Shown: positions 1-10,411, numbered from the stretch's first letter. The stretch: 32,000 nucleotides of DNA from Desulfobulbus propionicus DSM 2032 (GCF_000186885.1 NC_014972.1:1110001-1142000); one strand, 5' to 3'. A program made the numbers and translations. The notes: a model not told the origin generated them from the sequence alone.

Positions 1-735
1 GTCGCAGAACCCCTGGCTCTTGCTGCGGCTGCCCGGCGCCAGCAGCTGGGCCGGCGATCCCTGCTCGACGATCACGCCGCCCTCCATGAACAGGATCTCG
101 TCGGCCAGGGTGGCGATGAGGCTGATCTGGTGGGTGGCCATGATCATGGTCATGCCCTTGGCCGCCAGGGCGCGGATGACCGCGATCACCTCGCCGATCA
201 GCTCCGGGTCCAGGGCCGAGGTCGGCTCGTCGAGCAACAGGGCCTTGGGGTCCATGGCCAGGGCGCGGGCAATGGCCACCCGCTGTTTTTGGCCGCCGCT
301 CAGCTGGGCCGGATAAAGATCGGCCTTGTCGGCCAATCCCACCTGCTCCAACTCCAACCGGGCGCGGGTTTCGGCCTCCTGTTTGCCGATTTTTTTCACC
401 TTGCGCAGGGCAATGGTGATGTTGTCCAGGGCGGTGAGGTGATCAAAGAGGTTGAATTCCTGAAAGATCATGCCCACCTCCTGGCGCAGCCGATAGAGAT
501 CGGCCTTGCGGTGCAGATCGATCCGCTCGTCGCCGAGATGAATCTCGCCCGAATCCGGATGCACCAGGCAGTTGATGCACTGCAACAGGGTGGATTTGCC
601 GCCGCCCGAGGGGCCGATCAGCACCTTGATTTCGCCCTTGCGCAGGCTCAGGCTGACGCCCTTGAGAATGCAGGTGGCGCCGAAGCATTTGGAGATGTTG
701 TCGACCCGGAGGATGGGGGTGGTGTCGGTGATCAT
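1..735 (-). CDS. Polar amino-acid ABC transporter ATP-binding protein (3' end truncated at window edge)
   Basis: Minus-strand translation from 735: MITDTTPILRVDNISKCFGATCILKGVSLSLRKGEIKVLIGPSGGGKSTLLQCIN..., with Walker A GPSGGGKST. Start codon overlaps the permease stop (ATGA). Confidence 0.93.
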   Translation of the reverse strand, partial: MITDTTPILRVDNISKCFGATCILKGVSLSLRKGEIKVLIGPSGGGKSTLLQCINCLVHPDSGEIHLGDERIDLHRKADLYRLRQEVGMIFQEFNLFDHLTALDNITIALRKVKKIGKQEAETRARLELEQVGLADKADLYPAQLSGGQKQRVAIARALAMDPKALLLDEPTSALDPELIGEVIAVIRALAAKGMTMIMATHQISLIATLADEILFMEGGVIVEQGSPAQLLAPGSRSKSQGFCD

Positions 736-1412
736 GGCATCGAGTGGTGGGTGTAGCCGGGGATGCGGAGCCGCTGCTCCAGTTTGCGCAGGCCCCAGAC
801 CCCGAGCCAGGTGAGGAGAAAATAGAGCAGGCCGGCGGTGAGGTAGAGGGGCAGATGCTGGTAGGTGCGCGAGGCCACAAACTGGGCGCGGGCCATGATC
901 TCCGGGGCGCCGATGACAAAGGCCAGGGCCGAATCCTTGAGGATGATCGAGTATTCGTTGGACCAGGCCGGAATCGACAGGCGCAGGACCTGCGGCAGGA
1001 TGATCGAACGGATGGTCTGGACATCGCTCATTCCCAGGGCGCTGGCGGCCCGGAACTGACCGCGCGGCAGGGAGAGGATCGCGCCCCTGAAGATGTTGGC
1101 CTGGTAGGCGCCGGTGGTCATGCCGAGCACCACGGCCACCGAGAAAAAGGCGTTCAAGGGCAGGTTCAAGTAGGTGAACAGGCCGAAATAGAAAAGAAAG
1201 AGCAGCACCAGCACCGGCACGCCGCGAAAAAACCAGACATAGAACCCGAGCAGCAGGCGCAGCAGCCGGTTGCCGTAGACCAGGCCGATCGCGATGACAA
1301 TGCCCAGCGCCAGGCCCAGCAACATGGCCAGGACAACGATACCGGCGGTGTTGATGGCCCCCGCAAGGAGATAGGGCAGGGAATCGGCGATGACGGCCAG
1401 GGAAGCGGGCAT
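732..1412 (-). CDS. Polar amino-acid ABC transporter permease (HisM/GlnP type)
   Basis: 226-aa hydrophobic ORF with EYSIILKDSALAFVIGAPEIMARAQ-type motif, between the SBP and ATPase genes. Confidence 0.92.
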   Translation of the reverse strand: MPASLAVIADSLPYLLAGAINTAGIVVLAMLLGLALGIVIAIGLVYGNRLLRLLLGFYVWFFRGVPVLVLLFLFYFGLFTYLNLPLNAFFSVAVVLGMTTGAYQANIFRGAILSLPRGQFRAASALGMSDVQTIRSIILPQVLRLSIPAWSNEYSIILKDSALAFVIGAPEIMARAQFVASRTYQHLPLYLTAGLLYFLLTWLGVWGLRKLEQRLRIPGYTHHSMP

Positions 1413-1514
1413 GATAGGGTCAGAGGAACAGCAAGGGTTGGCGGTGCAGGTTGCCGTGGATCGATCGGTTCAATGAAGCCGGGAGAAACCATCCGTTTCC
1501 CGGCCTGCAAACAC

Positions 1515-1542
1515 GGCGGGCGGAGCAGCCGCTCCGCCCGCC
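1515..1542 (-). promoter_or_regulatory. Intercistronic GC-rich stem-loop between binding-protein and permease genes
   Basis: Perfect 12-bp inverted repeat GGCGGGCGGAGC-AGCC-GCTCCGCCCGCC just downstream of the SBP stop codon. Confidence 0.7.
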
Positions 1543-1549
1543 GGAATGG

Positions 1550-2296
1550 TTATTTTTCCAGCTCGTATTTCTTTTTCAGCGCTTCCCAGTCGGGAGAAGC
1601 CATCAGCTTCTTGAGGCTGGCGTTGACCTTGTCGAGCAGCTCCTGATCGCCCTTGCGCACCGCATAGCCGAATTCCTCCTGCTCCATGCCGAAGGTGCCG
1701 AGCACCTGTACCTCCTTCTTGGCGGCGGCATCCTTGGCCGGGGCGTCATCCATGGCGGCGGCGTCGATGCGGCCGTTGAGCAGGTCCTCCACCGCCAGCG
1801 GCGAGGAGTTGTAGTAACGCAGCTCAAAGTTCCATCCCTTGGCCGCGGCCTGTTCCTTCAGCCACTTGGCCTCGGAGGTGCCCTGCTGGACGCCGAGAAT
1901 CTTCTTGCCGCTCAAGATGGCGTCGATGGTCAGCGGCGAACCCTTCTTGGTGACCATCACCTGCTTGATCACCCAGTAGGGAAGGGTGAAGTTGACCTGC
2001 TTGGCGCGGTCCGGAGTGATGCTCATGCCCGAGGCGATGATGTCGATCTTCTTGGTGAGCAGGCTGGTGATGATGCCGTCCCACTCGATTGGCTGGTGAC
2101 TGACCGCAACCCCCATGTCCTTGGCGATCCAGTTCATGGCCTCGACATCGAAGCCACTGGGCGCGCCGGTTTTGTCGATGAAGGCGAAGGGCGGGAAGTT
2201 GGCGTCGATGCCGTTGACCAGTTTGGTGGCCGCCGAGGCGGAGCCGGAGAAGAGCATCAGGGCACAGGCCAGGATGAGCAGAGCGTTGCGGAGCAT
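1550..2296 (-). CDS. Extracellular amino-acid-binding protein of the ABC transporter
   Basis: MLRNALLILACALMLFSGSASAATKLVNGIDANFPPFAFIDKTGAPSGFDVEAMNWIAKDMG...: signal peptide plus SBP family 3 signature. Start trimmed from the track ORF. Confidence 0.93.
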   Translation of the reverse strand: MLRNALLILACALMLFSGSASAATKLVNGIDANFPPFAFIDKTGAPSGFDVEAMNWIAKDMGVAVSHQPIEWDGIITSLLTKKIDIIASGMSITPDRAKQVNFTLPYWVIKQVMVTKKGSPLTIDAILSGKKILGVQQGTSEAKWLKEQAAAKGWNFELRYYNSSPLAVEDLLNGRIDAAAMDDAPAKDAAAKKEVQVLGTFGMEQEEFGYAVRKGDQELLDKVNASLKKLMASPDWEALKKKYELEK

Positions 2297-2424
2297 TGAT
2301 CGTATCCTAATCACAAAAGAATTGCCTGGACGACACTTCCAGGAACATGCACCGAGTGGTACCAGGGGACCCCTCGGCACGGTTGTTGTCACCGCCGTTT
2401 GTATAGTGAAAATACCGGGGGGTG

Positions 2425-5400
2425 TCAACGGGATTTCCAGGCGGCTGCCGGTGCAGCGGCCGCGGCCGGAGGACCGGAAAGCGGCTGCCATGGCGGTTGC
2501 AGGAGCTTGCTCACCGCCTTGGCCAACGTCTGCAGGGAGTAGGGTTTTTGCAGATAGCCGCCCACTCCCAAACGCAGGGCGGCGCGGACCTCGTCGCTTT
2601 CCGAGAACCCGCTGGCGATCAAGGCCTTCTGGCCTGGATGGCGGACGATGATCCGTTCATAGGTCTGGCGGCCGTTGATGCCTGGCCCCATGAGCATGTC
2701 CAGGAGCACCAGATCCACCCGGCAGCCCTGCAGATACTCGACCGCCTCCTCGCCCGAGGCCGCGGTTGCCGTCTGGTAGCCGAGGGATTGGAGGAGCTGA
2801 CTGGCGATATCCCGTTGCAGCGGTTCGTCATCGACAATAAGGATGGTCTCTCCGTTGCCCCGCACCGCATGGGTATCCCGTTGTTCGGCAGTGCCTCCAG
2901 GGTTCTGTTCCGAGGCCGGGAAAAAGAGGGCGAAGGTCGTCCCCTGGTCGCTGCTGCTCACCATGACCGCGCCCCGGTGATCCTGGATGGTATTCCACAC
3001 CACGGCCAGACCGAGGCCGGTGCCGCTGCGGCCCATTACCTTGCGGGTATAGAAAGGCTCGAAGATGTGATCGATATCGGCCTGGGCGATACCGGAACCG
3101 GAGTCGGCCACCTCGAGCACCACGTAGCGGCCCGGCTCAACGGCGTGCCGGCGGGCCAGGTCCGGTGCCAGGACTTCGTTGCGGGTACGAATGATGATCC
3201 GGCCCGTATATTCGATGGCCTCGGCACCGTTGGTCATCAGGTTCATCAGGCTCTTTTTGACGTGGATGGGCGAACACGACAGGGGCCAGAGATCAGGGGC
3301 GTATTCGGTCTGACAGCGGACGCCGGGATGGTGGGCGAGCAGGGCCTCATGTTCCGGTGAATGCAGATATTCGTCGATCAGGGTGGTGAGCGCACACAGT
3401 TTACGCTCGCTGCTCACGCCGCGGGCCACGGTGAGCAGATCCGCCACCACCGCTGCGGCCCGCTGCCCGGACTCCTGAATGGCCAGTATCGGCTTGCGCA
3501 GCGTGCTGTCCGGGGCGAGCTGCATCAGCAGCAGATCGGGATAGCTGACAATGCCCGAGAGGATGTTGTTGAGATCATGGGCCACGCCGCCGGCCAACAG
3601 GCCAATGGCTTCCATCTTGCGGGAGCGCTGCAACTGGGCCTCCATGGCGGCCCGTTCCCGTTCGTTCTCCTTGAGTTGGGTAATGTCGTCATAGACAAAG
3701 ACCACCTCGCCGGAGGGAATCCGGTACAGGTGTCCTTGCCGCCAACGGTGGCGGTTCCCGAACTGGTAGAGCATGGGGGGGAGGACCACCGGCTCGCCGC
3801 TTTGCCAGACCTCCCGCATCCGGGCCAACAGGCCGGTGGGCTCGACGCCGGGAAAGTGTTTGACCAGGTGCTGGCCGATCAGATCTTGGCGGGGAAAGCC
3901 CTCGATCCGTTCGGCTGCGGGATTCACATCCTTGATGAGAAAGTCTTGGCCGTCCTCAATCGCCTGCAGAACCCCGACGCCGCTGCTGGTGTGCTCGAAC
4001 AGGCTGCGGTAGATCGACTCGCGCAGGGCGCTCTCTGCCTGCACCTTCTTCAGTTCGGTGAGGTCGAAATGCAGGCTGTACCGTTCGGTACGGCCTTGTG
4101 GCCCGGTCACGGCGAAATAGGAGACATGCACCGGGACCGGATCGCCATGGGCCGACCGAAACAAGGCCTCTTGCGCAGGAAGTTGCCCCGCCCCGGCAAT
4201 CCATTGCTGCAGCCGTTCACCCAGATGGAGCCGCTCTCCTTCGGGGACGATGACGTGTTCGACCTGTTTGCCCAGGGTTTCCTGGGCATTGGTGCCATAG
4301 AGTCGTTCGCAGGTCCGGTTCCAGAAAAGGATGTTCCTGTGGTCGTCAAATCCGATGATCCCCACGGTGGGCAGTTCGTTGGCGATCTGGCGGAAGCGGT
4401 GTTCGCTTTCGCGCAGTTGCAGGGTTCGCTGATCGACCTTTGCCTCCAGATCGTCGACCAACTCTCCGATCTGGGCGCTCATCAGGTTCAGCGTCCGGCC
4501 CAGCATTCCCAGTTCGTCGGCAGGTTGTTCGGCGGCCATGGTGCTCAGCCGGCCCCGCTGCATCTGGGCCGCGCACTCGGTCAACGCGGTAATCCGTTGG
4601 GTGATCTGGCCGGAGATGAAGCGGCTGATCAGCACACCGGCCCAGATCGCCACCAGCGCCACCAGGGTCAGCAGCACAGCGGCGGTCTGGAGGGTGCGGA
4701 TGATGGTGATCTGGGCCTGACCGACCTCGATGCCGGCCTGGTTGATCAGCAGTTGGGCAATCGGCTGGGCGATACCGGTCTGCAGATTGAAATCGTGGAG
4801 CTTGTTCTTGATCGCCAGATCGGTGGCCAGAATCTCCTCGCCTGTGCGCCGCAGCCTGTCAATCTTGTCTCGAACATTTCCGATCGCATCGGCGGAAAGT
4901 TGAGGGGATGCGTCCAACTGCCGGCGCAGGGCGGCCAAGGCGTTGAAGGCCGACTGCATCAGCGGTCGTTGCCGGGTGATGCGGTACTGCTGATAGTCGT
5001 CCAGGAGTTGACGGCTCAAGGCATGCAACGAGGGTGAAGAAGCGATATCGGCTCGCACCCCATGGAGCAGCTGGTCGAAGGTGGCCTCCAGTCCTCGCTC
5101 CGGAGCGGCGAGACGGGTGACCAGGTCGATGGATTCGAGCGAGGTGTCGGCAAAACGTTTGGCCAGGGCAAGGTAGAGGTTCAGGTCGACATGATGCGGT
5201 TGCAGATGCACCCCGATTTCGGACTGGGCGAGCAGCTTTTTCAGTTCGGCGCTGGCGGCAACCGCTTCGGCGATCAACCGCACCGAAGGCTGGGCAAATT
5301 GTTCGCGGGCTTCGGTCAAGCCGATGCGACTGTACTGGAGGAGAAAATCGTTGTGCAGGCGGCGAGCTTTTTCCAACAGCCGGTCCATGTTGAGCGCGGT

Positions 5401-5571
5401 GCGCTCGATGGCCACGGACGCACTGATGGTTTTCCTCGCCTGGTTGGCAAGGAACAGGGAAAACAGCCACGCGGCGAGGATCAGGACGATGAGGAAAAAG
5501 GCGGCGCCAAAGCCCAGCTTGAGTTTAAAGGCGAGGTTGGGGGCGCGTCTGCGGGCGGTGCGGCTCTTCAT
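2425..5571 (-). CDS. Hybrid sensor histidine kinase (TM, HAMP-like, PAS, HisKA/HATPase, C-terminal receiver)
   Basis: N-terminal TM, HAMP-like segment ITQRITALTECAAQMQRG, PAS-like repeats, VAHDLNNILSGI H-box, GTGLGLAVVWNTIQDH G-box, and a receiver with VDLVLLDMLMGPGINGRQTYE. Confidence 0.93.
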   Translation of the reverse strand: MKSRTARRRAPNLAFKLKLGFGAAFFLIVLILAAWLFSLFLANQARKTISASVAIERTALNMDRLLEKARRLHNDFLLQYSRIGLTEAREQFAQPSVRLIAEAVAASAELKKLLAQSEIGVHLQPHHVDLNLYLALAKRFADTSLESIDLVTRLAAPERGLEATFDQLLHGVRADIASSPSLHALSRQLLDDYQQYRITRQRPLMQSAFNALAALRRQLDASPQLSADAIGNVRDKIDRLRRTGEEILATDLAIKNKLHDFNLQTGIAQPIAQLLINQAGIEVGQAQITIIRTLQTAAVLLTLVALVAIWAGVLISRFISGQITQRITALTECAAQMQRGRLSTMAAEQPADELGMLGRTLNLMSAQIGELVDDLEAKVDQRTLQLRESEHRFRQIANELPTVGIIGFDDHRNILFWNRTCERLYGTNAQETLGKQVEHVIVPEGERLHLGERLQQWIAGAGQLPAQEALFRSAHGDPVPVHVSYFAVTGPQGRTERYSLHFDLTELKKVQAESALRESIYRSLFEHTSSGVGVLQAIEDGQDFLIKDVNPAAERIEGFPRQDLIGQHLVKHFPGVEPTGLLARMREVWQSGEPVVLPPMLYQFGNRHRWRQGHLYRIPSGEVVFVYDDITQLKENERERAAMEAQLQRSRKMEAIGLLAGGVAHDLNNILSGIVSYPDLLLMQLAPDSTLRKPILAIQESGQRAAAVVADLLTVARGVSSERKLCALTTLIDEYLHSPEHEALLAHHPGVRCQTEYAPDLWPLSCSPIHVKKSLMNLMTNGAEAIEYTGRIIIRTRNEVLAPDLARRHAVEPGRYVVLEVADSGSGIAQADIDHIFEPFYTRKVMGRSGTGLGLAVVWNTIQDHRGAVMVSSSDQGTTFALFFPASEQNPGGTAEQRDTHAVRGNGETILIVDDEPLQRDIASQLLQSLGYQTATAASGEEAVEYLQGCRVDLVLLDMLMGPGINGRQTYERIIVRHPGQKALIASGFSESDEVRAALRLGVGGYLQKPYSLQTLAKAVSKLLQPPWQPLSGPPAAAAAPAAAWKSR

Positions 5572-6863
5572 GGCCGGTTGGGTCCGGTTGCCGGTGCAAC
5601 GGCCAGTTGCCGCTGGGGCGCATGGGAAAATTGAATGTTGCGCTGCAATCCCGACACCCCGGCAGCCGGGTCGTCCAGGCGGAGGACGTTGAAGACCGCG
5701 GAGGCGCAGTCGCCGAACGGATCGCAACTCAGGCTGCCGGTGACGCCGTCCACGCCGGTCATGGCGTACAGGGTGCGCCGCAACGCCTCGCGGCCCAGGA
5801 GCAGGCTGCCATCGGCCTGCCGCACGACTGCCTGTTCAATGGCGAGAAAGAGCAGGTTGGCGGCATCAAAGCCGCTCTGGTAATAACTGGCCGCGGGCTG
5901 GGCCTTGAAGGTGTCGAGATAGGTTTGCGCCAATTCTTTGCTGCGGGACGTGGCGGCCGGGCCAGGGCCGACAAAGTACATGCCCCGGGCCAGGTCGCCC
6001 ATGGCGGCGAGAAAGGAATGTTCGATCAGGGCGCCATCGCTCATCAGCACCAGGGCACCGAGCTGTGCGTGGTTGCGCGCCTGGGTGAGCAAGTGGTTGC
6101 CTTCGGGTTGAAAGAGCGGGAAAAAGAGCAGCTCTGCCTGTGATTGGCTCACGGCGTCCAGGACCGGCCCCATGTTGCTGTCCCCCTTGTTGATGGCGGT
6201 GTCGAGCACGATGGTCCCGCCCAATTTGGTGAAGGTTCGGACAAAGCCGTCCGTCAATCCGCGGGTGTAGATGTCGTTGTCATTGATGGTTGCTGCCCGG
6301 CGGATGCCGAGTGTGTGGTAGGCATAGGTGGCCGCGGTTTCACCGGAATGCTCTTCGTTGGGTGCGGTGCGGAAGTAGCCGGGCTGCCAGTTGGGCGCCC
6401 GTTCGCCGCCGATGGCGGTTAGGAAGGGGGCGCTGTTGTTGCCGGAGATCATGCTCAATCCGGCGTCGGACATGACCTTGGCGGCCGTGGCCGCGGCGCC
6501 CGAGCAGGTGGAGCCGAAAATAGCCACGGTCTGCGGATCGGCCACGACCTTGAGCGCGGCATTGGCCCCGCCCTCGCTGGTACAGCCGTCGTCCTCGGTC
6601 TGCAGGGCCACGGGATGGCCGGCCACCGTGCGTTCCCGGGCATTCAGCGCCAGCTCCAGTCCCCGAAGCTGCTCCTGCCCCAAAGCCGCGACCTTGCCGG
6701 AAAGCGCCTGGATGACCCCGATCTTGACCGGCTCCGCCGGGCCGATGACGACGCAGCCCAGGGGGTCGCTGCAGACTGGCTTGGGGGGCTCATGGTCGCA
6801 GGCGGCGAGCAGGACAGGGGAAAGGAGGAGAATAAGCAGACGGCAAAACCGAGCCAGGGGCAT
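5568..6863 (-). CDS. Periplasmic branched-chain amino-acid/ligand-binding lipoprotein
   Basis: Lipobox LLILLLSPVLLAAC, then PVKIGVIQALSGKVAALGQEQLRGLELALNARE... (peripla_BP_6 type). Stop overlaps the start of the kinase gene (ATGA). Confidence 0.88.
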   Translation of the reverse strand: MPLARFCRLLILLLSPVLLAACDHEPPKPVCSDPLGCVVIGPAEPVKIGVIQALSGKVAALGQEQLRGLELALNARERTVAGHPVALQTEDDGCTSEGGANAALKVVADPQTVAIFGSTCSGAAATAAKVMSDAGLSMISGNNSAPFLTAIGGERAPNWQPGYFRTAPNEEHSGETAATYAYHTLGIRRAATINDNDIYTRGLTDGFVRTFTKLGGTIVLDTAINKGDSNMGPVLDAVSQSQAELLFFPLFQPEGNHLLTQARNHAQLGALVLMSDGALIEHSFLAAMGDLARGMYFVGPGPAATSRSKELAQTYLDTFKAQPAASYYQSGFDAANLLFLAIEQAVVRQADGSLLLGREALRRTLYAMTGVDGVTGSLSCDPFGDCASAVFNVLRLDDPAAGVSGLQRNIQFSHAPQRQLAVAPATGPNRP

Positions 6864-7035
6864 GGCGAACTCCTTGAAATGGCGTGGTGCGCACTGATGT
6901 CGGCAAAGGGAAAGCAACGGCTCTTGTGAACTAGAGTATAGGCAAAAACAGCCGGCCAACCAAGCACTCTTTGCCGGTCAGGAACGGGGAACGAAATGCG
7001 ACTGGACTCCGGTGACTCGGGCGCGAGGAGGAAAA

Positions 7036-8871
7036 TCAGCCCTGCCGGCGCTGTTCGAGTTCGTCCCAGCGGTCGTAGAGCTGTTCGGTCTTGGTCTGCA
7101 GTTCCTGCTGTTCTTCCCAGTAGCGGTGCAGTTGGGCCGGGTTGGCCATCACCTCCGGCGAGGCCATCAGGGCTTCCAGCTCTCCCAACCGGGCTTCGGC
7201 GGCCAGGATCCGTTCCTCCATCTGGTCGTATTCGCGCTGATCCATATAGGAGAGCTTGCCGGGCCGTGCCTTGGCCGGGGGTTTGTCCTTGACGGTAACC
7301 GGGCTCTTGGGCGTGTCCCGGCGGTCCCGTTCCTGCATCATGGTCAGCCACTGCTCGTAGTCGGCGAAATAATCCGCTCGTCCTTGGCCGTCAAAGCCGA
7401 GCACCAGGTTGCACACCCGGTCGAGGAGGAACCGGTCGTGGGTGACCAGCACCAGGGCGCCGGGAAATTCGCACAGGCTCTCTTCGAGCACGTCGAGCGA
7501 GGGAATGTCGAGATCGTTGGTCGGTTCGTCGAGCAGAAGGATGTCGGCGGGTTGGAGCATCAACCGGGCAATGAGAATCCGGGCCTGCTCGCCGCCGGAG
7601 AGACGGTAGACCGGGGTTTCCAGTTGATCGGTACGGAAGAGAAAACGCTTGGCCCAGGTGACCACGTGCACACTCTGGCCTTGATAGAGGATGCTGTCGC
7701 CGTCCGGAGCCAGGGCGCGGCGCAGGGTGACCGAGGTGTCCAACTGCTCGCGCCGCTGGTCGAAACTGACGATGCGCACCTTGTCGGCGGTGGCGATGGT
7801 GCCCTGGTCCGGTTTGAGCCCGTCTTCTCGGTCGGCGGCGGCGAGGATCCGCATCAAGGTCGATTTGCCGCTGCCGTTGCGGCCCAGCAAGCCAAGGCGC
7901 GTGCCGGGGGTGAGGGTGAGGTCAAGGCCGGAAAAGAGGGGGGATGCGTCAAACCCCTTGCGCAGGCCGGTGGCCACCAGGAGTTTCTTGGTTTTGCGCT
8001 GGGTGCCTTCAAAGACGATGCCCACCTGACCCACGGAACGGTTTCTGCTGCGGACATCGCCCAATTCTTCCTGCAACCGTCCCGCCTCTTCGATCCGATA
8101 GCGGGCCTTGGTGGCCCGAGCCTTGGGGCCCCGGCGCAGCCATTCGGTCTCGCGCCGCATCCTGTTGCTCAGCCGTTCCTCCAGGCTTTGCCGCTGGAGA
8201 AGGTACTCGGCTTTTTTATCGAGGAAATCGGCATAGGTGCCGCGCACCTGGAACGAACCCTCGGGGTAGACCGGCGCCAGTTCAATCACCCGGTTGACCG
8301 TGTTTTCCAGGAAACGGCGGTCATGGCTGACCAGGAGCACGGCGGACGGGCTTTCGGGCAGGGCGGATCCGAGAAGTTTTTCCAGCCAGAGAATGCCCTC
8401 GATGTCCAGGTGGTTGGTGGGCTCGTCCATGATCAGCACGTCCGGCCGGGTGACCAAGGCCCGGCAGACGGCCAGTCGCTTACGCCAGCCGCCGGACAGG
8501 AGGTGTACCGGTTGCTCGGGATCGGCGAATTGGGCGCGGCTGAGCAGGGCGTGCACCCGATTGTACTGCTCGGCGGCGTCGATATCGAGCGCTCGCACCG
8601 CCGCCGTGAGGTTGTCGGCGCAGCTGGCCGCTTCGTCAAACGCATCCTCTTGGGCCACATAGCTGGTGCGGATCAGTTTTTGGGTGAACACCGTGCCGCT
8701 GTCGGCCTGCTCCAGGCCGCAGAAGATCTTGAGCAGGGTCGACTTGCCCGAGCCGTTGGGACCGATCAGGCCGACCTTGTCGCCTTCGTTGATCATCAGG
8801 GTGACGCCGGAAAACAGGGTTTGGGCCCCGAAGGCCTTGGACAATCCCTGGCAGCTGAGCAATGCACACAT
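7036..8871 (-). CDS. uup: ABC-F family ATPase, Uup-like
   Basis: Two ABC domains (GPNGSGKST and GRNGSGKST, LSGGWRKRLAVCRAL, LSGGEQARILIARL) and a charged coiled-coil C-terminus; about 611 aa. Confidence 0.88.
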   Translation of the reverse strand: MCALLSCQGLSKAFGAQTLFSGVTLMINEGDKVGLIGPNGSGKSTLLKIFCGLEQADSGTVFTQKLIRTSYVAQEDAFDEAASCADNLTAAVRALDIDAAEQYNRVHALLSRAQFADPEQPVHLLSGGWRKRLAVCRALVTRPDVLIMDEPTNHLDIEGILWLEKLLGSALPESPSAVLLVSHDRRFLENTVNRVIELAPVYPEGSFQVRGTYADFLDKKAEYLLQRQSLEERLSNRMRRETEWLRRGPKARATKARYRIEEAGRLQEELGDVRSRNRSVGQVGIVFEGTQRKTKKLLVATGLRKGFDASPLFSGLDLTLTPGTRLGLLGRNGSGKSTLMRILAAADREDGLKPDQGTIATADKVRIVSFDQRREQLDTSVTLRRALAPDGDSILYQGQSVHVVTWAKRFLFRTDQLETPVYRLSGGEQARILIARLMLQPADILLLDEPTNDLDIPSLDVLEESLCEFPGALVLVTHDRFLLDRVCNLVLGFDGQGRADYFADYEQWLTMMQERDRRDTPKSPVTVKDKPPAKARPGKLSYMDQREYDQMEERILAAEARLGELEALMASPEVMANPAQLHRYWEEQQELQTKTEQLYDRWDELEQRRQG

Positions 8872-8920
8872 GGAACCGTGACCCTGCGTCGTGTGGGTGG
8901 TGAATCGTGCCGCAGACCGT

Positions 8921-10024
8921 CTAGGCGATGTCGCCGTTGACGTTGATATCGTCGGCCCTGGGGTAGGAGCCGAGCAGCTCGAAGTAGGCACAGATCTGCT
9001 TGAGGATGTTGCACGCCTCATGGATGACCGGATCCTCAATGTGGCCGATCATGTCAAGGAAGAACAGATATTTCCACTGCTTGTCCTTGGTTGGCCGCGA
9101 TTCGATCTTGGCCAGGTCGATATTCTTGGCCGAGAGGATGGTCAGGATCTCGTTGAGGGCGCCGGGACGGTTGATCAGGCCGATGAGGATCGAGGTCTTG
9201 TCGCAGCCACTCTTCTTGGGTGACTTGCGGCCGATAACCAGGAAACGGGTGGTGTTGCCCTGGTAATCCTCGATGCCGGGCACCACCACCTGCAGGCCGT
9301 AGGTGTTGATGGCCAGCGAGCTGGCGATGGCGCCGACGTTGGGGTTGTTGGCCGCCATCTGGGCGGCGGTGCCGGTGGAAAAGACTTCCAGGGTGGGGAT
9401 CTTGGGCAGGTGCTTCCGCAGCCAGTTGCGGCACTGGGCCAGCGGCTGGGAATGGGAGGCCACGGTCTGGATGTCCTCGACGTTGCCCGAGCGGTTGACG
9501 AGGTTATGGGTAATGGCCAGCTGGATCTCGCCGCAGATCTTGACCTTGTATTTCATGAAGGCGTCGAGCGAATAGGTGACCGCGCCCTCGATCGAGTTTT
9601 CCACCGGGACGATGCCATACTGGACTCGTTCCTTTTCCACCTCCTCAAAGACCTCGGCGATCGACTCCATGGGCAGGTATTCGGCGGTCTGGCCGAAGTA
9701 CTTGACACCCGCCAGGTGGGAAAAAGTCGCCTCCGGGCCGAGATAGGCCACGCTGGCCTTGCGCTGCGACAACCGGCAGGTGGTGATGATTTCGTGGAAG
9801 ATCGAGCGCAGGGCCTTGTAGGGGAAAATATCGTTGTTGTTGGTGCGCAGCCGATCGTAGATTTCCAGCTCGCGCTGCGGGTCCCATTTGGCCCGGTTGG
9901 TTTCGTTCTTCAGCAGGCCGATGGTCTTGGCGCAATCAAGCCGCTCCTTCAGCAGTTCCAGGATGGTGTCGTCGATCTGGTCAATGCGTTTCCTTACCTG
10001 CGGGATGTTCAATTTGTCGTCCAT
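8921..10024 (-). CDS. pheA: Bifunctional chorismate mutase/prephenate dehydratase (P-protein)
   Basis: Chorismate mutase domain (RKRIDQIDDTILELLKERLDCAKTIGLLK), prephenate dehydratase (AYLGPEATFSHLA, GIVPVENSIEGAVTYSLD, TRFLVIG) and ACT domain (GALNEILTILSAKNIDLAKIESRP). Confidence 0.96.
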   Translation of the reverse strand: MDDKLNIPQVRKRIDQIDDTILELLKERLDCAKTIGLLKNETNRAKWDPQRELEIYDRLRTNNNDIFPYKALRSIFHEIITTCRLSQRKASVAYLGPEATFSHLAGVKYFGQTAEYLPMESIAEVFEEVEKERVQYGIVPVENSIEGAVTYSLDAFMKYKVKICGEIQLAITHNLVNRSGNVEDIQTVASHSQPLAQCRNWLRKHLPKIPTLEVFSTGTAAQMAANNPNVGAIASSLAINTYGLQVVVPGIEDYQGNTTRFLVIGRKSPKKSGCDKTSILIGLINRPGALNEILTILSAKNIDLAKIESRPTKDKQWKYLFFLDMIGHIEDPVIHEACNILKQICAYFELLGSYPRADDINVNGDIA

Positions 10025-10411
10025 GGTGCCTGGAAGGTAAAATGGTCGTTGGGCAAGCCGAAGCAGACCGTCGGTGGAACGGGGAGAAACAAGACGTTAT
10101 CCGTCGGTTCGTTCGCTCACCATCGGTTGCCATGCACATGAAACGATTACTATAGCATCGTTGTCTGCTTATGCAAACAGCTAAGGCGGCAAGACGCCTT
10201 TTGTTTGCCAATCCGCTTGGTTGGCCTGTTTCGGCAGGTTCTCTTTTTCTCATTGAGAATTATTCGCTTGCGGTCCAGGGAAACAACGTGTATAAAGGAA
10301 ATCTCATCTCATAGAGCATTTTCTTTTTTGATATCCAACGCTATCAATTTCGTATCCTTCGATACCTGAAAAGTTTTTGCTTGCAACCCTTGATGTTAAG
10401 GCAGGATAAGC

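Noticed and set aside
3361-5037. Long + strand ORF (558 aa) and similar ones such as 7012-8940, 744-1646, 14274-14939 and 18195-19427
   Set aside because: These are shadow ORFs opposite or out of phase with clearly identifiable genes in high-GC DNA and show no domain signatures.
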